Part shown: positions 35,097 to 43,984 of the stretch, one piece after another
Layout of the letters: each line of letters opens with the position of its first letter
How positions within the stretch are numbered: position 1 is the stretch's first letter
DNA from: a virus
Lineage: Duplodnaviria; Caudoviricetes
Strand: one strand, 5' to 3'
DNA length: 64,000 bases
Virus record (IMG/VR): IMGVR_UViG_3300049979_000170
Coordinates: 1-64,000 of that record
Translations under genes and position numbers: made by a program
The notes under the pieces: generated by a model
Told to the model about the DNA's origin: nothing
Database searches by the model: none
What the model saw: only the letters and a program-made list of their open reading frames with translations

Positions 35097-35368
35097 CGGC
35101 GATTCCCCTGGATTGGAACACGCACAAACATCTACTCTGGGGACGTAAGCCAGTCTTTGCGACACCGAATGGCCTGATCGGCGGGGGATGGGAGGTACCA
35201 CGGTTCATTGAGGAATGGCGCCGGGAGGCTGGGATCGGGCCGATCGAGTTTCGAATGCGAACCGGTGACTCTGAAGTGATCACGTTCGAGGTGTTTCATC
35301 GGAAAGAGGCCGAGGCGGTATTCTGTTCAGAAAATGATGCATTTATGTTTAAAATGAAATGGCTATGA
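35093..35368 (+). CDS. FKMRW-motif small protein
   Basis: IEEWRRE...FCSENDAFMFKMKWL. Confidence 0.85.
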   Translation: MTAIPLDWNTHKHLLWGRKPVFATPNGLIGGGWEVPRFIEEWRREAGIGPIEFRMRTGDSEVITFEVFHRKEAEAVFCSENDAFMFKMKWL

Positions 35369-35496
35369 AAGATACTCCTCAGATTTCGGATAACAGCAAG
35401 AAGATCGCCAGCCTCATTGTTTTATGGCTGCTCGTGGCGGGATCGTGGAAGTCGATCGAGGTTATTGCCACTTTGTTCAAGTGGGTATTCCATTAA
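35365..35496 (+). CDS. 43-aa membrane peptide
   Basis: ATGA-coupled; KKIASLIVLWLLVAGSW. Confidence 0.5.
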   Translation: MKDTPQISDNSKKIASLIVLWLLVAGSWKSIEVIATLFKWVFH

Positions 35497-35528
35497 CGAA
35501 AAAGGCCGCCCAATGGGCGGCCTTTGTC

Positions 35529-36092
35529 TTAGGAGAACCAGCCCTTCTTGACTGGTGCGGCGAAGATCAACGGCATCGCTTTAGCAGCGTTCTCCGTGCG
35601 CAGGATACGATCGTCGAGACCGTTGTAGCCTCCGTTGATCCGCTTGGTGATCGAACGAATATCATCCACGTCCGCGTAAGTGGAAAGTTTACGCGAGTTC
35701 CAATACTCACAAGCAGTTAGCACTGCATACTTGGGATCGCACGCAAGTTCAGGATTTGAAACAAGGTCAACACCGAGTCTGCTACCAAAGACTTTGTAAT
35801 TTGCCTTGCCGGTTAGCTGAAAAATTCCGCGACCCTTGTACCGGACTCCATCTCCGGCAGACAGGTTACCGAGGTCTTTACGGCCTTCATAGGCGCGCCC
35901 TGAGGCATACTCAGTTAGCGTGGCGAATCCATCAGTTTCGTGTGACGCCTGTCCGAGGAAGTGCTTCACACGCAGAGGGGTGTTGATCTCGTACTTCTCC
36001 AGAGCGTCGGCCATAAATCCGGCGAGACCGTCGATGACCGACTTCTTGCCACGAGGGGCGACCTTTAAAAGAATTTCCGATGTAATGATCAT
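35529..36092 (-). CDS. glycoside hydrolase family 19 endolysin/lysozyme
   Basis: HFLGQASHETDGF...YEGRKDLGN...GDG.RYKGRG.FQLTGKANY...ITKRINGGYNGLDDR; TAAATA at 36118-36123. Confidence 0.9.
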   Translation of the reverse strand: MIITSEILLKVAPRGKKSVIDGLAGFMADALEKYEINTPLRVKHFLGQASHETDGFATLTEYASGRAYEGRKDLGNLSAGDGVRYKGRGIFQLTGKANYKVFGSRLGVDLVSNPELACDPKYAVLTACEYWNSRKLSTYADVDDIRSITKRINGGYNGLDDRILRTENAAKAMPLIFAAPVKKGWFS

Positions 36093-36174
36093 GAAATAAC
36101 TCCACAATGAGCAGAGTTATTTACGGCTACTTACATTCGAATTATCCGCTGGTTAACCATCCTCCTGAGAAGCC

Positions 36175-36202
36175 TTGACAGGCTCGCAAATCGTGCTACT
36201 TT
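36175..36202 (+). promoter_or_regulatory. sigma70-like promoter
   Basis: TTGACA-N16-TACTTT upstream of 36226. Confidence 0.5.
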
Positions 36203-36225
36203 GTCGAGAAGGAGTGGAACCAGCT

Positions 36226-36609
36226 ATGGAAGACAACGGTGGGCTTGGCCCGTCCCCAGGGAATCGGACGGTCATCGCACGCATGTATGCGGCGCAGGTG
36301 ACAACGGACGATCGCGGTGGTCGCGGCGACATGATCGGCATTTACGAGAAAGAAGCCGATGCCACGACGGCCTCCAAAGGCCGAGGCTGGTATGGAGGCG
36401 ATGCGGATGTCTATCCGGTCAGCACGATCACGCTGCCCTCGGGACAGACCTACCTGCTGAGAGACCCCAGCCCGATCACGGTGAACGTTGATCTGATCCA
36501 ACGGAACAAGGACGTTCGTGAGCAGGCCCGACAGAAGCTCGCCGCCCTCGGGCTCACGGAAGAGGAGCGCAAACTCCTCGGTATCACCGACAGAATGATC
36601 GCGCCATGA
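36226..36609 (+). CDS. hypothetical protein
   Basis: AAGGAG RBS, coupled to the next gene. Confidence 0.7.
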   Translation: MEDNGGLGPSPGNRTVIARMYAAQVTTDDRGGRGDMIGIYEKEADATTASKGRGWYGGDADVYPVSTITLPSGQTYLLRDPSPITVNVDLIQRNKDVREQARQKLAALGLTEEERKLLGITDRMIAP

Positions 36610-37313
36610 TGGATACGGGATTCAATGAGGGAAATCTGCAAGTGACAAGCGAGACTCACGCTCCGGACGACACCCCAGATGACGGCGCCGGTCGCGTTGA
36701 CCGCGACGCCCTCCGACGAATGCATGCGCAGAAAATGACGCTCCGTGCGATGTCGGAAGAACTCGGGGTGTCGCGTGAGAGAGTTCGGCAGGTCATCCGG
36801 AAAATGGGGCTGAAGTCGAAGCTTCAGATGATTAAGGAGCGAAATACCGCAATCCTTGAAGAGTCCGCTTCTGGAAATGCCACGGATGAGGAACTGGCCG
36901 CCAAATACGACGTATCACCGGCAAGCATCGCTCTAATTCGGCGGCAGCACGGCTTTGGAGCAACCGAGTATCGCTCGGAGCGACTTCTCTCTGCCATTCA
37001 GGCGGTAATGGACGGTATGTCCATTCGAATGGCCGCGTCCGAGTATGGTGTCTCTCCAGGGACCCTTGCGGGCCGCCTGGACAAGACCGGAGTGAAATCC
37101 ACATACGGGCGGTGGGGCGCGCTCAAGCATCGCTACGACGTGATCCCGGAAATGCTGAGAGACGGGAAAACGTGGCATCAGATTATCGATCGGCTATCGG
37201 AGATCGAAAGGCGAAAGATTCGCTACGAAACTCTCCGTATCTGGATCGCGAATCACCTTGTCGATATCGACATGCCCGGATCAGACGATTCGAAGGATCA
37301 TTCCGCGACCTGA
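36606..37313 (+). CDS. multi-HTH DNA-binding protein
   Basis: TLRAMSEELGVSRERVRQVI (sigma r4-like), TDEELAAKYDVS, SIRMAASEYGVSPGTL (Psq-like). Confidence 0.75.
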   Translation: MMDTGFNEGNLQVTSETHAPDDTPDDGAGRVDRDALRRMHAQKMTLRAMSEELGVSRERVRQVIRKMGLKSKLQMIKERNTAILEESASGNATDEELAAKYDVSPASIALIRRQHGFGATEYRSERLLSAIQAVMDGMSIRMAASEYGVSPGTLAGRLDKTGVKSTYGRWGALKHRYDVIPEMLRDGKTWHQIIDRLSEIERRKIRYETLRIWIANHLVDIDMPGSDDSKDHSAT

Positions 37314-37657
37314 CCCTTCAAAACACGGAGATTCAGAATCTCGGCGGCCTGTCCTGGCTTGATTGCCCCTTTCGGGAGTGGGCCGCCGTAGGTCCACGCG
37401 AGAACATCGCGTAGGTAGACTTCGTGGTAGTCGATCGTATCGCACCGCCCGTATTGGTGAAGGCGATACTCACGTCTTCCAGACGGATACTGCATGAGAA
37501 AGAATGTGATTTCTTCGTCATACGTGGCGAAGTCGGCCGCGTCCTGAGGGTCTTCGAAGGGCCAGTCCACTTTGTGATCGACCATTGCAACCAGGGTTGG
37601 TGCAATCAGCCCGAGACGTTCGAGTGCAATCAGGGCTGGGTTGAAAATTGGATACAT
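37298..37657 (-). CDS. hypothetical protein
   Basis: AAGG RBS, 119 aa. Confidence 0.7.
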   Translation of the reverse strand: MYPIFNPALIALERLGLIAPTLVAMVDHKVDWPFEDPQDAADFATYDEEITFFLMQYPSGRREYRLHQYGRCDTIDYHEVYLRDVLAWTYGGPLPKGAIKPGQAAEILNLRVLKGQVAE

Positions 37658-37741
37658 AGGAATGGCCTTCAAAATACCGCTTCACTGTAAAGCGGCAACC
37701 CGTTAAGAGCAAAATTAATCAACAAGATTCGGAAGGAATCG

Positions 37742-37996
37742 ATGGCCTACGCTCTGAACGAAGTTCTCGACTACGTCGCTTACGCGCACGCGCGGAACCA
37801 GTCGTTCCCCTACGTGGATTTCGTCGCAGATGGCCTCAAAGTGCCCCAGAAGCTCCGTGATGGAGCCGTGGTGTTCCCGAACGGGTGGGCGGATGCGAAG
37901 CGTCTGAATTGGCGGCGCCGCCACAAGCTAACCATTCCGGACAAGGTCGTACGGGACCGCCGGGCTCCGTACGAACACGCCCCGGTGATGGATTAG
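37742..37996 (+). CDS. hypothetical protein
   Basis: GGAAGGA RBS. Confidence 0.65.
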   Translation: MAYALNEVLDYVAYAHARNQSFPYVDFVADGLKVPQKLRDGAVVFPNGWADAKRLNWRRRHKLTIPDKVVRDRRAPYEHAPVMD

Positions 37997-38355
37997 CCTT
38001 TTGGTGCAGCGAATCGCATCTTGAAGGCGAATCCTACCAAACACTGAGAGAATCGGAACGTCGCCATCCGACTGTTGCGCCGGTACATGAACCGGGAGAG
38101 CTTCCCGCTTTCGGGTGAGCGCATGTTATCGGGGTCATTGATCCACGCGACCACGTCATCCCAATCGCCCCCGTCGATTACGATTTTCGGTCCCGGAATG
38201 CCCGATTGCCTGTTCTGGGTATGGAAGAGTGTCTTATTGCGCGGGGGAAGCCGTAGGCGGGCAGGCTGCTTGCTCAGCCACTCCGCAAACTCCGAAGGGT
38301 GTGTGGCCATCCAGCGCCGTGTGGCGGCGATCTGCGCGGCACTCCGTTCAGCCAT
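37993..38355 (-). CDS. FKMRW-motif small protein
   Basis: VVAWIND...FRFSQCLVGFAFKMRFA. Confidence 0.8.
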   Translation of the reverse strand: MAERSAAQIAATRRWMATHPSEFAEWLSKQPARLRLPPRNKTLFHTQNRQSGIPGPKIVIDGGDWDDVVAWINDPDNMRSPESGKLSRFMYRRNSRMATFRFSQCLVGFAFKMRFAAPKG

Positions 38356-38362
38356 CCAAGCC

Positions 38363-38587
38363 TCAGTGTGTTGGTGTACCTTCGAGCTTTGCCTCCAGAG
38401 CCCTACAAAGATCAAGTAGGTTCTGCGGAAGCTCGGCTGTGGCGGTCTCCTCCCACGCGCGAACGAGAGTGTCGGTCACCGGCAGGTATTGCTGTGATCC
38501 GGACGGGCATAGACCCTTGGCTAGCTTCTTGGACATTTCTCGCTGACGGATAAATTCCGCACGGTCTAGCTTAACAGTAGATGACAT
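38363..38587 (-). CDS. small hypothetical protein
   Basis: AGGGG RBS before MSSTVK. Confidence 0.6.
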   Translation of the reverse strand: MSSTVKLDRAEFIRQREMSKKLAKGLCPSGSQQYLPVTDTLVRAWEETATAELPQNLLDLCRALEAKLEGTPTH

Positions 38588-38681
38588 GATAACCCCTGAA
38601 TTCGTAGCCAAATGACCACATTCCACCCTTTTAGGTCAAGCTACCATGACCTCACAAAACCCGATTGATATTATACTGTAC

Positions 38682-39770
38682 TTAGAAGTCCGTTTCGGGT
38701 TTAACTGCCTTGAACAGCGGTACCTTTTCAGCCCTCTTTCGTCCGTCCTTAAACACAGACACCTTATCGTTGTTGATAAAGTCTTCGAGTAGACGGTGCG
38801 CAACACTCCAATGCCCTCGGCGATAGTCAAGCTCCTGAACGTACCAATTACGTCCTTCCAGTCGGAAAAGAGTTTCAGGAGAATAATCCGTTCGGAGATA
38901 GTAATCGCCTTCATTGGCTTCTAGCGGAAACTTGGAGCCCGACCCGAGGGACTTCGCGCCATTAGGCGGCGTACCATCGCCCGCATAGACCCACGGATTC
39001 TGCCTACCGGTGATGCCACCCTCACCTTCGATGATATAGAAGTGCCGAGTCTCGAAATTGCGCGCCTTGACGTTCTGCTTTGCAAGCTCGACAACCTCTT
39101 CGTTCAACTGAAGTTCCACCGCTACCGCCGAGAGAGTCTGTCCAAGAATCGTCCCATCATCGACGCCGAAGGGATTCGTACCCGCACCCTCCAGAATATC
39201 CGCATATGCCTGAGTTGCGGTCATCGGCTCGCACTTTAACCGCCACACGTGGGGGAACCACGTCGCCGAATACCCACTCGATGCCCGACTCGTATCGGTG
39301 ATTGAGTAGAATTTGTTAATTGCAGGGGCATCCGGATCAAGTAGCGCGTCATCGCGCTGGTGAGGGAGTTCGATAACGTCGCCCGCCATAAGCTTACGCC
39401 CAATCTGGGCAATCATATCGTTTAGATGCACCTCAATGAAGAGCGTATCCCCGGTCAGAAATAGTCCAAACTGTTTAAGGTCGAAATCATTATCTTGTAC
39501 GTTGTAAGTACCACGCATCTCATAGACTGTGGTATCGTACTTTCGATCTCTATTCTCTAAGAATAGAGGGTCCTGAATCGACCGTTCAGTAATTGCCTTG
39601 ACAGGGTCTCCAGGCTTAGCCGTGGACGGGTCTGTCTGATCATGCGGCCCAAGATACTTGTGCACGTACAGAGCAGTTCCAGACGCGAAGAAGTAACCAG
39701 AAATCTGGCGATCAATGAACTTGTAGTCGGCACCCTTTTTGCCGCTATTCCAAAGGCTAAGTCTAGGCAT
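38682..39770 (-). CDS. neck / head-closure protein (T4 gp14-like)
   Basis: IQDPLFLENRDRKYD...FDLKQFGLFL..DTLFI...GRKLMAGDVIELPH; TATAAATA-N5-ATG. Confidence 0.75.
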   Translation of the reverse strand: MPRLSLWNSGKKGADYKFIDRQISGYFFASGTALYVHKYLGPHDQTDPSTAKPGDPVKAITERSIQDPLFLENRDRKYDTTVYEMRGTYNVQDNDFDLKQFGLFLTGDTLFIEVHLNDMIAQIGRKLMAGDVIELPHQRDDALLDPDAPAINKFYSITDTSRASSGYSATWFPHVWRLKCEPMTATQAYADILEGAGTNPFGVDDGTILGQTLSAVAVELQLNEEVVELAKQNVKARNFETRHFYIIEGEGGITGRQNPWVYAGDGTPPNGAKSLGSGSKFPLEANEGDYYLRTDYSPETLFRLEGRNWYVQELDYRRGHWSVAHRLLEDFINNDKVSVFKDGRKRAEKVPLFKAVKPETDF

Positions 39771-39894
39771 AGTGCTATTTATAGATAAATTATTTTATGA
39801 GATATCTTCATGATGGAGATAGAGAATGGTATTGATCATAGGCTTTATCATTATTTTTCTGATTGTTATTACATCTACATAACAAAATTTGAAG

Positions 39895-40458
39895 CTATCT
39901 ATCAGGCGTATCTTGAGAAATACGCCAGACTTGCTTTGGACTAAAAATTGCGTAGCTTAAAGAACCGCTATCCTCGACCCGATTGACATAATGAATGCCG
40001 TCGAAGCCTTCGCTCATGAAAAATTTAATAATTGGCGCCCACGACCTGACTCGTTTGACCTTAAGCTGACGAAGTTTGTCGAAAATAACACCTTCGTCCG
40101 AAATACCCTCGTCAAACAATTGCGTACAATAGCCAATGTCATTTAAGAAAGCTTCAATGTTATGGTTCCAGCCGTTGTCAACAAAACGGCAGGGGTTTTG
40201 TATAGATAGATGTACACCTATAACGTGACCTTCAGCGTCTAAGTGCTTTAATCGATCTTGTGCTGCACCTTCTGTACCAAAGTGGCTCATGGGCTTAAAT
40301 GAATTGAACGTTGCGCTTGTGCCGTGAAACATGATTGCTGGAGTACCGTCACTGTTCACTGCTTTAGATTTACTAAACCATTGTCCGAATGCTGGTGAGC
40401 TTGATGCAATGGTCTCGCGCTGTACTCGCTCTATAAGATTTATGTAGGACCTGATCAT
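39895..40458 (-). CDS. ADP-ribosyltransferase-like protein (ART-PolyVal type)
   Basis: WF..SKAVNSDGTP.IMFHGT...FGT...LSIQNP...GFDGI.Y.N..ED..S..YAIFSPKQV; MIRSYINLIE N-terminus. Confidence 0.6.
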   Translation of the reverse strand: MIRSYINLIERVQRETIASSSPAFGQWFSKSKAVNSDGTPAIMFHGTSATFNSFKPMSHFGTEGAAQDRLKHLDAEGHVIGVHLSIQNPCRFVDNGWNHNIEAFLNDIGYCTQLFDEGISDEGVIFDKLRQLKVKRVRSWAPIIKFFMSEGFDGIHYVNRVEDSGSLSYAIFSPKQVWRISQDTPDR

Positions 40459-40536
40459 CAATATGTCTTCCTTGCGAATTAGCAATCATGAACGTATTTA
40501 CCCGACTTCAACAATGGCTTTGGCCTAAATAGTTTT

Positions 40537-41307
40537 ATGAGTATCCCAGCCCGCCAGAAACTGATTCGAGAAGTCCAACTCCGCCTTGGTGGCGGAATGG
40601 TAGATATCGAACTCGATCCCGCCCACTACGATCTGGCTGTCGATCTTGCCCTCGACACGTATCGTCAGCGTTCTCAGAACGCTATGGAGGAGTCCTTCCT
40701 GTTCCTCGACGTCCAACCGGACGTGGCCGTGTACACTCTCCCCCGCGAGGTTCAGGAGGTCCGCGACATCTATCGGCGCAATATGGGTGGAACCTCGGCC
40801 GGGTCCGGCGCCACCATCGATCCATTTGGTCTCGCCTACACCTCCAGCCTGTACCAGCTTGGCGCAGGCGGCTCGAATACCGGCGGCATGGGCGGGATGA
40901 GTTTGGCTACATACGAGCTTGGTATGCAGTATCAGGAACTCTTGGGCCGTATGTTCGGGCGAGAGGTTCAGTTCAATTGGAATCCAGCAACGAAGAAAAT
41001 CGTGATTCAGCGCCGCTTCCAGGCGACCGAAGAGATCGCCCTTCAGGTCTACAACACGAAGCCGGAGGAAGTCCTCCTCGAAGACCCCTATGGCCGCCCA
41101 TGGCTTCGCTCCTATACGACCGCGCAATGCAAGCTTATGCTCGGCGAAGCCTATTCCAAGTACTCAGGTCTCGCCGGTCCCCAGGGCGGGATTACCCTCA
41201 AAGGCGACGCACTTAAGGCTGAGGGACAAGCCGAGATCGAAAAGCTTGAAAAAGAAATCTACGATCTCGTTGATGGCCATGTTGGCTATCACTTCATCGT
41301 CGGTTAA
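40537..41307 (+). CDS. neck protein (T4 gp13-like)
   Basis: LRLGGGMVDIELDP...YTLP.EV..V..I...WLRSYTTAQCKLMLGEAYSKY...GGITLKGD.LK.E; TAAATA-N5-ATG. Confidence 0.85.
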   Translation: MSIPARQKLIREVQLRLGGGMVDIELDPAHYDLAVDLALDTYRQRSQNAMEESFLFLDVQPDVAVYTLPREVQEVRDIYRRNMGGTSAGSGATIDPFGLAYTSSLYQLGAGGSNTGGMGGMSLATYELGMQYQELLGRMFGREVQFNWNPATKKIVIQRRFQATEEIALQVYNTKPEEVLLEDPYGRPWLRSYTTAQCKLMLGEAYSKYSGLAGPQGGITLKGDALKAEGQAEIEKLEKEIYDLVDGHVGYHFIVG

Positions 41308-41312
41308 CCACG

Positions 41313-41678
41313 ATGACACGTCGTGTCACTCTTTCTGATATTGAACTACGGAGTGTGCGACAAAGAATGTTGCTTGATGATGTGATCCTTCACATCCCCT
41401 TGGATAAGCTCAGCATACTACTTTGGTGGGTTGATTGTGAAGAAATCAACCCCGAGTCAGCTAACGCGCGTTACAAATACTCTGCCCATGTCGAGCTTCT
41501 ACCAGAAATATCGGATTGGTGTGAAAGATATCTTACTGGATTCCCAACTTTTACAGTGTGCGATTTCCCCCAACCTGATTACGAACAGTATTTGAAACCA
41601 TATGTGGAGGCTCCAAGTCTTGAGCTTCACTTTCTATCACATTCGGACGCGATGCTTTTTAAGCTTCGATGGTTTTAA
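41313..41678 (+). CDS. FKMRW-motif small protein
   Basis: ISDWCERYL...FLSHSDAMLFKLRWF. Confidence 0.85.
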   Translation: MTRRVTLSDIELRSVRQRMLLDDVILHIPLDKLSILLWWVDCEEINPESANARYKYSAHVELLPEISDWCERYLTGFPTFTVCDFPQPDYEQYLKPYVEAPSLELHFLSHSDAMLFKLRWF

Positions 41679-41684
41679 GTATAC

Positions 41685-41960
41685 ATGTGGACATCTTTAA
41701 ATACTTTGATGTCAGAGCGAAAAAGTCCCTTTGAATTTCATCTGATGCTCCCCCTGCATCTTGTTTCCACCCTCGGGCTGTTTTGGTGCTCCGACAATCC
41801 CCTGTTGATTCTGCGCGAAGATGTGCTCGAATGGCTGGAAGCTAATGACATTTGCTACTCGATCTCGTACGACGAAACTGACCTTGAGGACGAGTGCGAT
41901 CATTTTATCTCGTTTCAAAGTCACTACGATTCGTTCGCATTTAAGATGCGTTGGTTCTAG
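41685..41960 (+). CDS. FKMRW-motif small protein
   Basis: VLEWLEAN...FQSHYDSFAFKMRWF. Confidence 0.85.
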   Translation: MWTSLNTLMSERKSPFEFHLMLPLHLVSTLGLFWCSDNPLLILREDVLEWLEANDICYSISYDETDLEDECDHFISFQSHYDSFAFKMRWF

Positions 41961-42367
41961 GAGAGGGACGTTTGGATCAAATCTATTTGTACATCCTGAT
42001 GCGCCAGGATTTGGCGTCGATGAACGCCGGTAAAGCGGTCGCCCAGGGCGCCCACGCGGCGAACCAGATGGTCTACGAGATGGACCCCGGCAATCCCGAC
42101 CATAACGCATGGCTGACCGCATGGCAGGGCGAAACCGGCAAGGGGTTCGGTACCACCATCACCTTGGATGTTCCCGGTCGCAAGCTCACCACGGTGGTCG
42201 AATGGGCCAAGCTGCTGAACCTCCACGCAGGCGTCACCCACGACCCCACGTATCCGTTGAAGGACGGTGACTCGTTCCACCTGATCCCCCTGGATACGTG
42301 CGCGTACGTGTTCGGCCCCAAGGGTCTGTGCCAGTTCGCGGTACGCGACTTCAAATTAATGGACTAG
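41951..42367 (+). CDS. peptidyl-tRNA hydrolase, Pth2-like (copy 1; TTG start, exact position uncertain)
   Basis: LYILMRQDL..M.AGKAVAQGAHAA...W...G..TTI.L. Confidence 0.75.
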   Translation: MVLGEGRLDQIYLYILMRQDLASMNAGKAVAQGAHAANQMVYEMDPGNPDHNAWLTAWQGETGKGFGTTITLDVPGRKLTTVVEWAKLLNLHAGVTHDPTYPLKDGDSFHLIPLDTCAYVFGPKGLCQFAVRDFKLMD

Positions 42368-43455
42368 ATCGCGCCAAGGGGTGCTTCCAACGAATAGACC
42401 AGCCCGGACGCCTCATAGGTCGAGGTGCCCTGGCTCCCTGGTACGGACAGCCCCATCCCGATCAAGGTTGACCCAAAACCACGTTGAGAAGGTTCCATGG
42501 CAATACTTGGTCCACCAGTCTCGATCCATTTGAAATGGAACATCGTTGGGGTTGTCCACCATGTAATAGACACCTGACCACTGTCCGTTGAGAGGGCGCC
42601 ATACTTGATTGAATTCGTTGAAAGCTCATGCAGGATCAAGCTAAGTGATACCGCAGACCGAGCCGAAATTGTGATATCCGGACCCTCTTCGCTGATCTGC
42701 TCTCCATCGTAAAGATCGATCATGGCGTAAACGATTTGCTTGATCGTCGAGGAATTTGTCTTACGAATCAGGATATCGTTAGCGCGACTCAAGGCATGGA
42801 ATCGCGCGTACATCACCGTCTTGGCTTCCTCCAGATTGCACCCCTTTCGAAGAGTTGCCCCGACGATCGACTGGATCAACGAGAACATGTTCTTCATTCG
42901 ATGAGCAATCTCGGTCTTCAAGATAGCTTGGCGATGCGTAAAATCACGAGTCTCGATCGATTTTACGACCTGACGAGACAGTGCCCACAAACACGTGGTC
43001 TGACGCTCGTTAAGACCCTGCGGCCTGGGGTTGAAGTCCACAACGCACAAAGCGCCATAAACAAAATTACTTTTTCCTATAAGGGGAACCCCTGCATAGA
43101 ACTTATAGTACGGAGATGTTTGAATGTAAGGTAAGTTCTTAGTCAAATCTTCGGTTGAAAGGTCTTTGACAACGTAGATATCTTTACGCTCTACCGTGAT
43201 AGAGCATACTGCATTGTGCCTCTCAATGAATTCAACCTCTTTGAATCCAACGCTACCTTTGAAGATAGCATCATTTTCAGAGATGATATTGACCATAGCC
43301 GTATGAGAGTCGCAAATTTCTTTTGCAACCAAACAAATATCATTGAAATCGTCTTCGAACCCAACGCTCAAGAGTTCGAGATTATTCAAAATATTTTGGC
43401 GGTTTGGCATTATCTCGGTCTCGGTTTCGCTGATATTATCCCGAACGGATGTCAC
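42364..43455 (-). CDS. GAF + HWE histidine kinase
   Basis: GAF (FYAGVPL...GALCVVD..PR); EIAHRMKN; HELSTNSIKYGALS; W.ETGGP...GFGS. Confidence 0.9.
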   Translation of the reverse strand: MTSVRDNISETETEIMPNRQNILNNLELLSVGFEDDFNDICLVAKEICDSHTAMVNIISENDAIFKGSVGFKEVEFIERHNAVCSITVERKDIYVVKDLSTEDLTKNLPYIQTSPYYKFYAGVPLIGKSNFVYGALCVVDFNPRPQGLNERQTTCLWALSRQVVKSIETRDFTHRQAILKTEIAHRMKNMFSLIQSIVGATLRKGCNLEEAKTVMYARFHALSRANDILIRKTNSSTIKQIVYAMIDLYDGEQISEEGPDITISARSAVSLSLILHELSTNSIKYGALSTDSGQVSITWWTTPTMFHFKWIETGGPSIAMEPSQRGFGSTLIGMGLSVPGSQGTSTYEASGLVYSLEAPLGAI

Positions 43456-43471
43456 AGCGCAATCGGAGTCG

Positions 43472-43669
43472 TTATCCGTAGATGCTAGATTGGCCCTCTT
43501 TTACAACTTGGCCGATCGAAAGATCAACCACCTGCCACAAATCATAATCAAAGCGTTCGCTCGACCCATGGGATTCGGCATCTTCGATCGTGTCAAAGCT
43601 CCCGATGAAATCTCGAAATCCGCCGCTTGGATAGTAGCGCGATCCGGCGAAGAGCAGGTAGCGGTTCAT
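43472..43669 (-). CDS. small hypothetical phage protein
   Basis: YLLFAGSRYYPSGG..DF..SFDT; coupled. Confidence 0.7.
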   Translation of the reverse strand: MNRYLLFAGSRYYPSGGFRDFIGSFDTIEDAESHGSSERFDYDLWQVVDLSIGQVVKEGQSSIYG

Positions 43670-43932
43670 CGGATGAGTCCGAGTTCGAGCGCGGTACGGC
43701 GCATGTGGTCGATCCCCGTGGGGATCGACATCTCGACCCCGCCACGGTTGACCCAGGTATCCACGTCGTAACCCGCCGCCAGCGCCTTCCGGTACGCCTC
43801 AGGGAGCGAGTATGCGTTCAACTCGACGATCTCGACGCTGGTCGGAGTGGTCTCCACACGAAGCCAGAACGGGCACATCGTGCTGGTACGGCTGATCTCG
43901 GCGTTGTCGAACACGATCGTGGTTTTGGTCAT
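43666..43932 (-). CDS. hypothetical protein
   Basis: GGAGAGG RBS. Confidence 0.75.
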   Translation of the reverse strand: MTKTTIVFDNAEISRTSTMCPFWLRVETTPTSVEIVELNAYSLPEAYRKALAAGYDVDTWVNRGGVEMSIPTGIDHMRRTALELGLIR

Positions 43933-43984
43933 TCGGGGAACCTCTCCTGTTGATTCCCCGAATGTACATCATTTAAAAAATAAG

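Noticed and set aside
40373-40489. 38-aa ORF starting 5 nt after the TAAATA at 40495
   Set aside because: It is out of frame with the ART-like gene, which has its own AAGGAAG RBS at 40458, and shows no protein-like features. It might be translated as a leaderless uORF but is unsupported.
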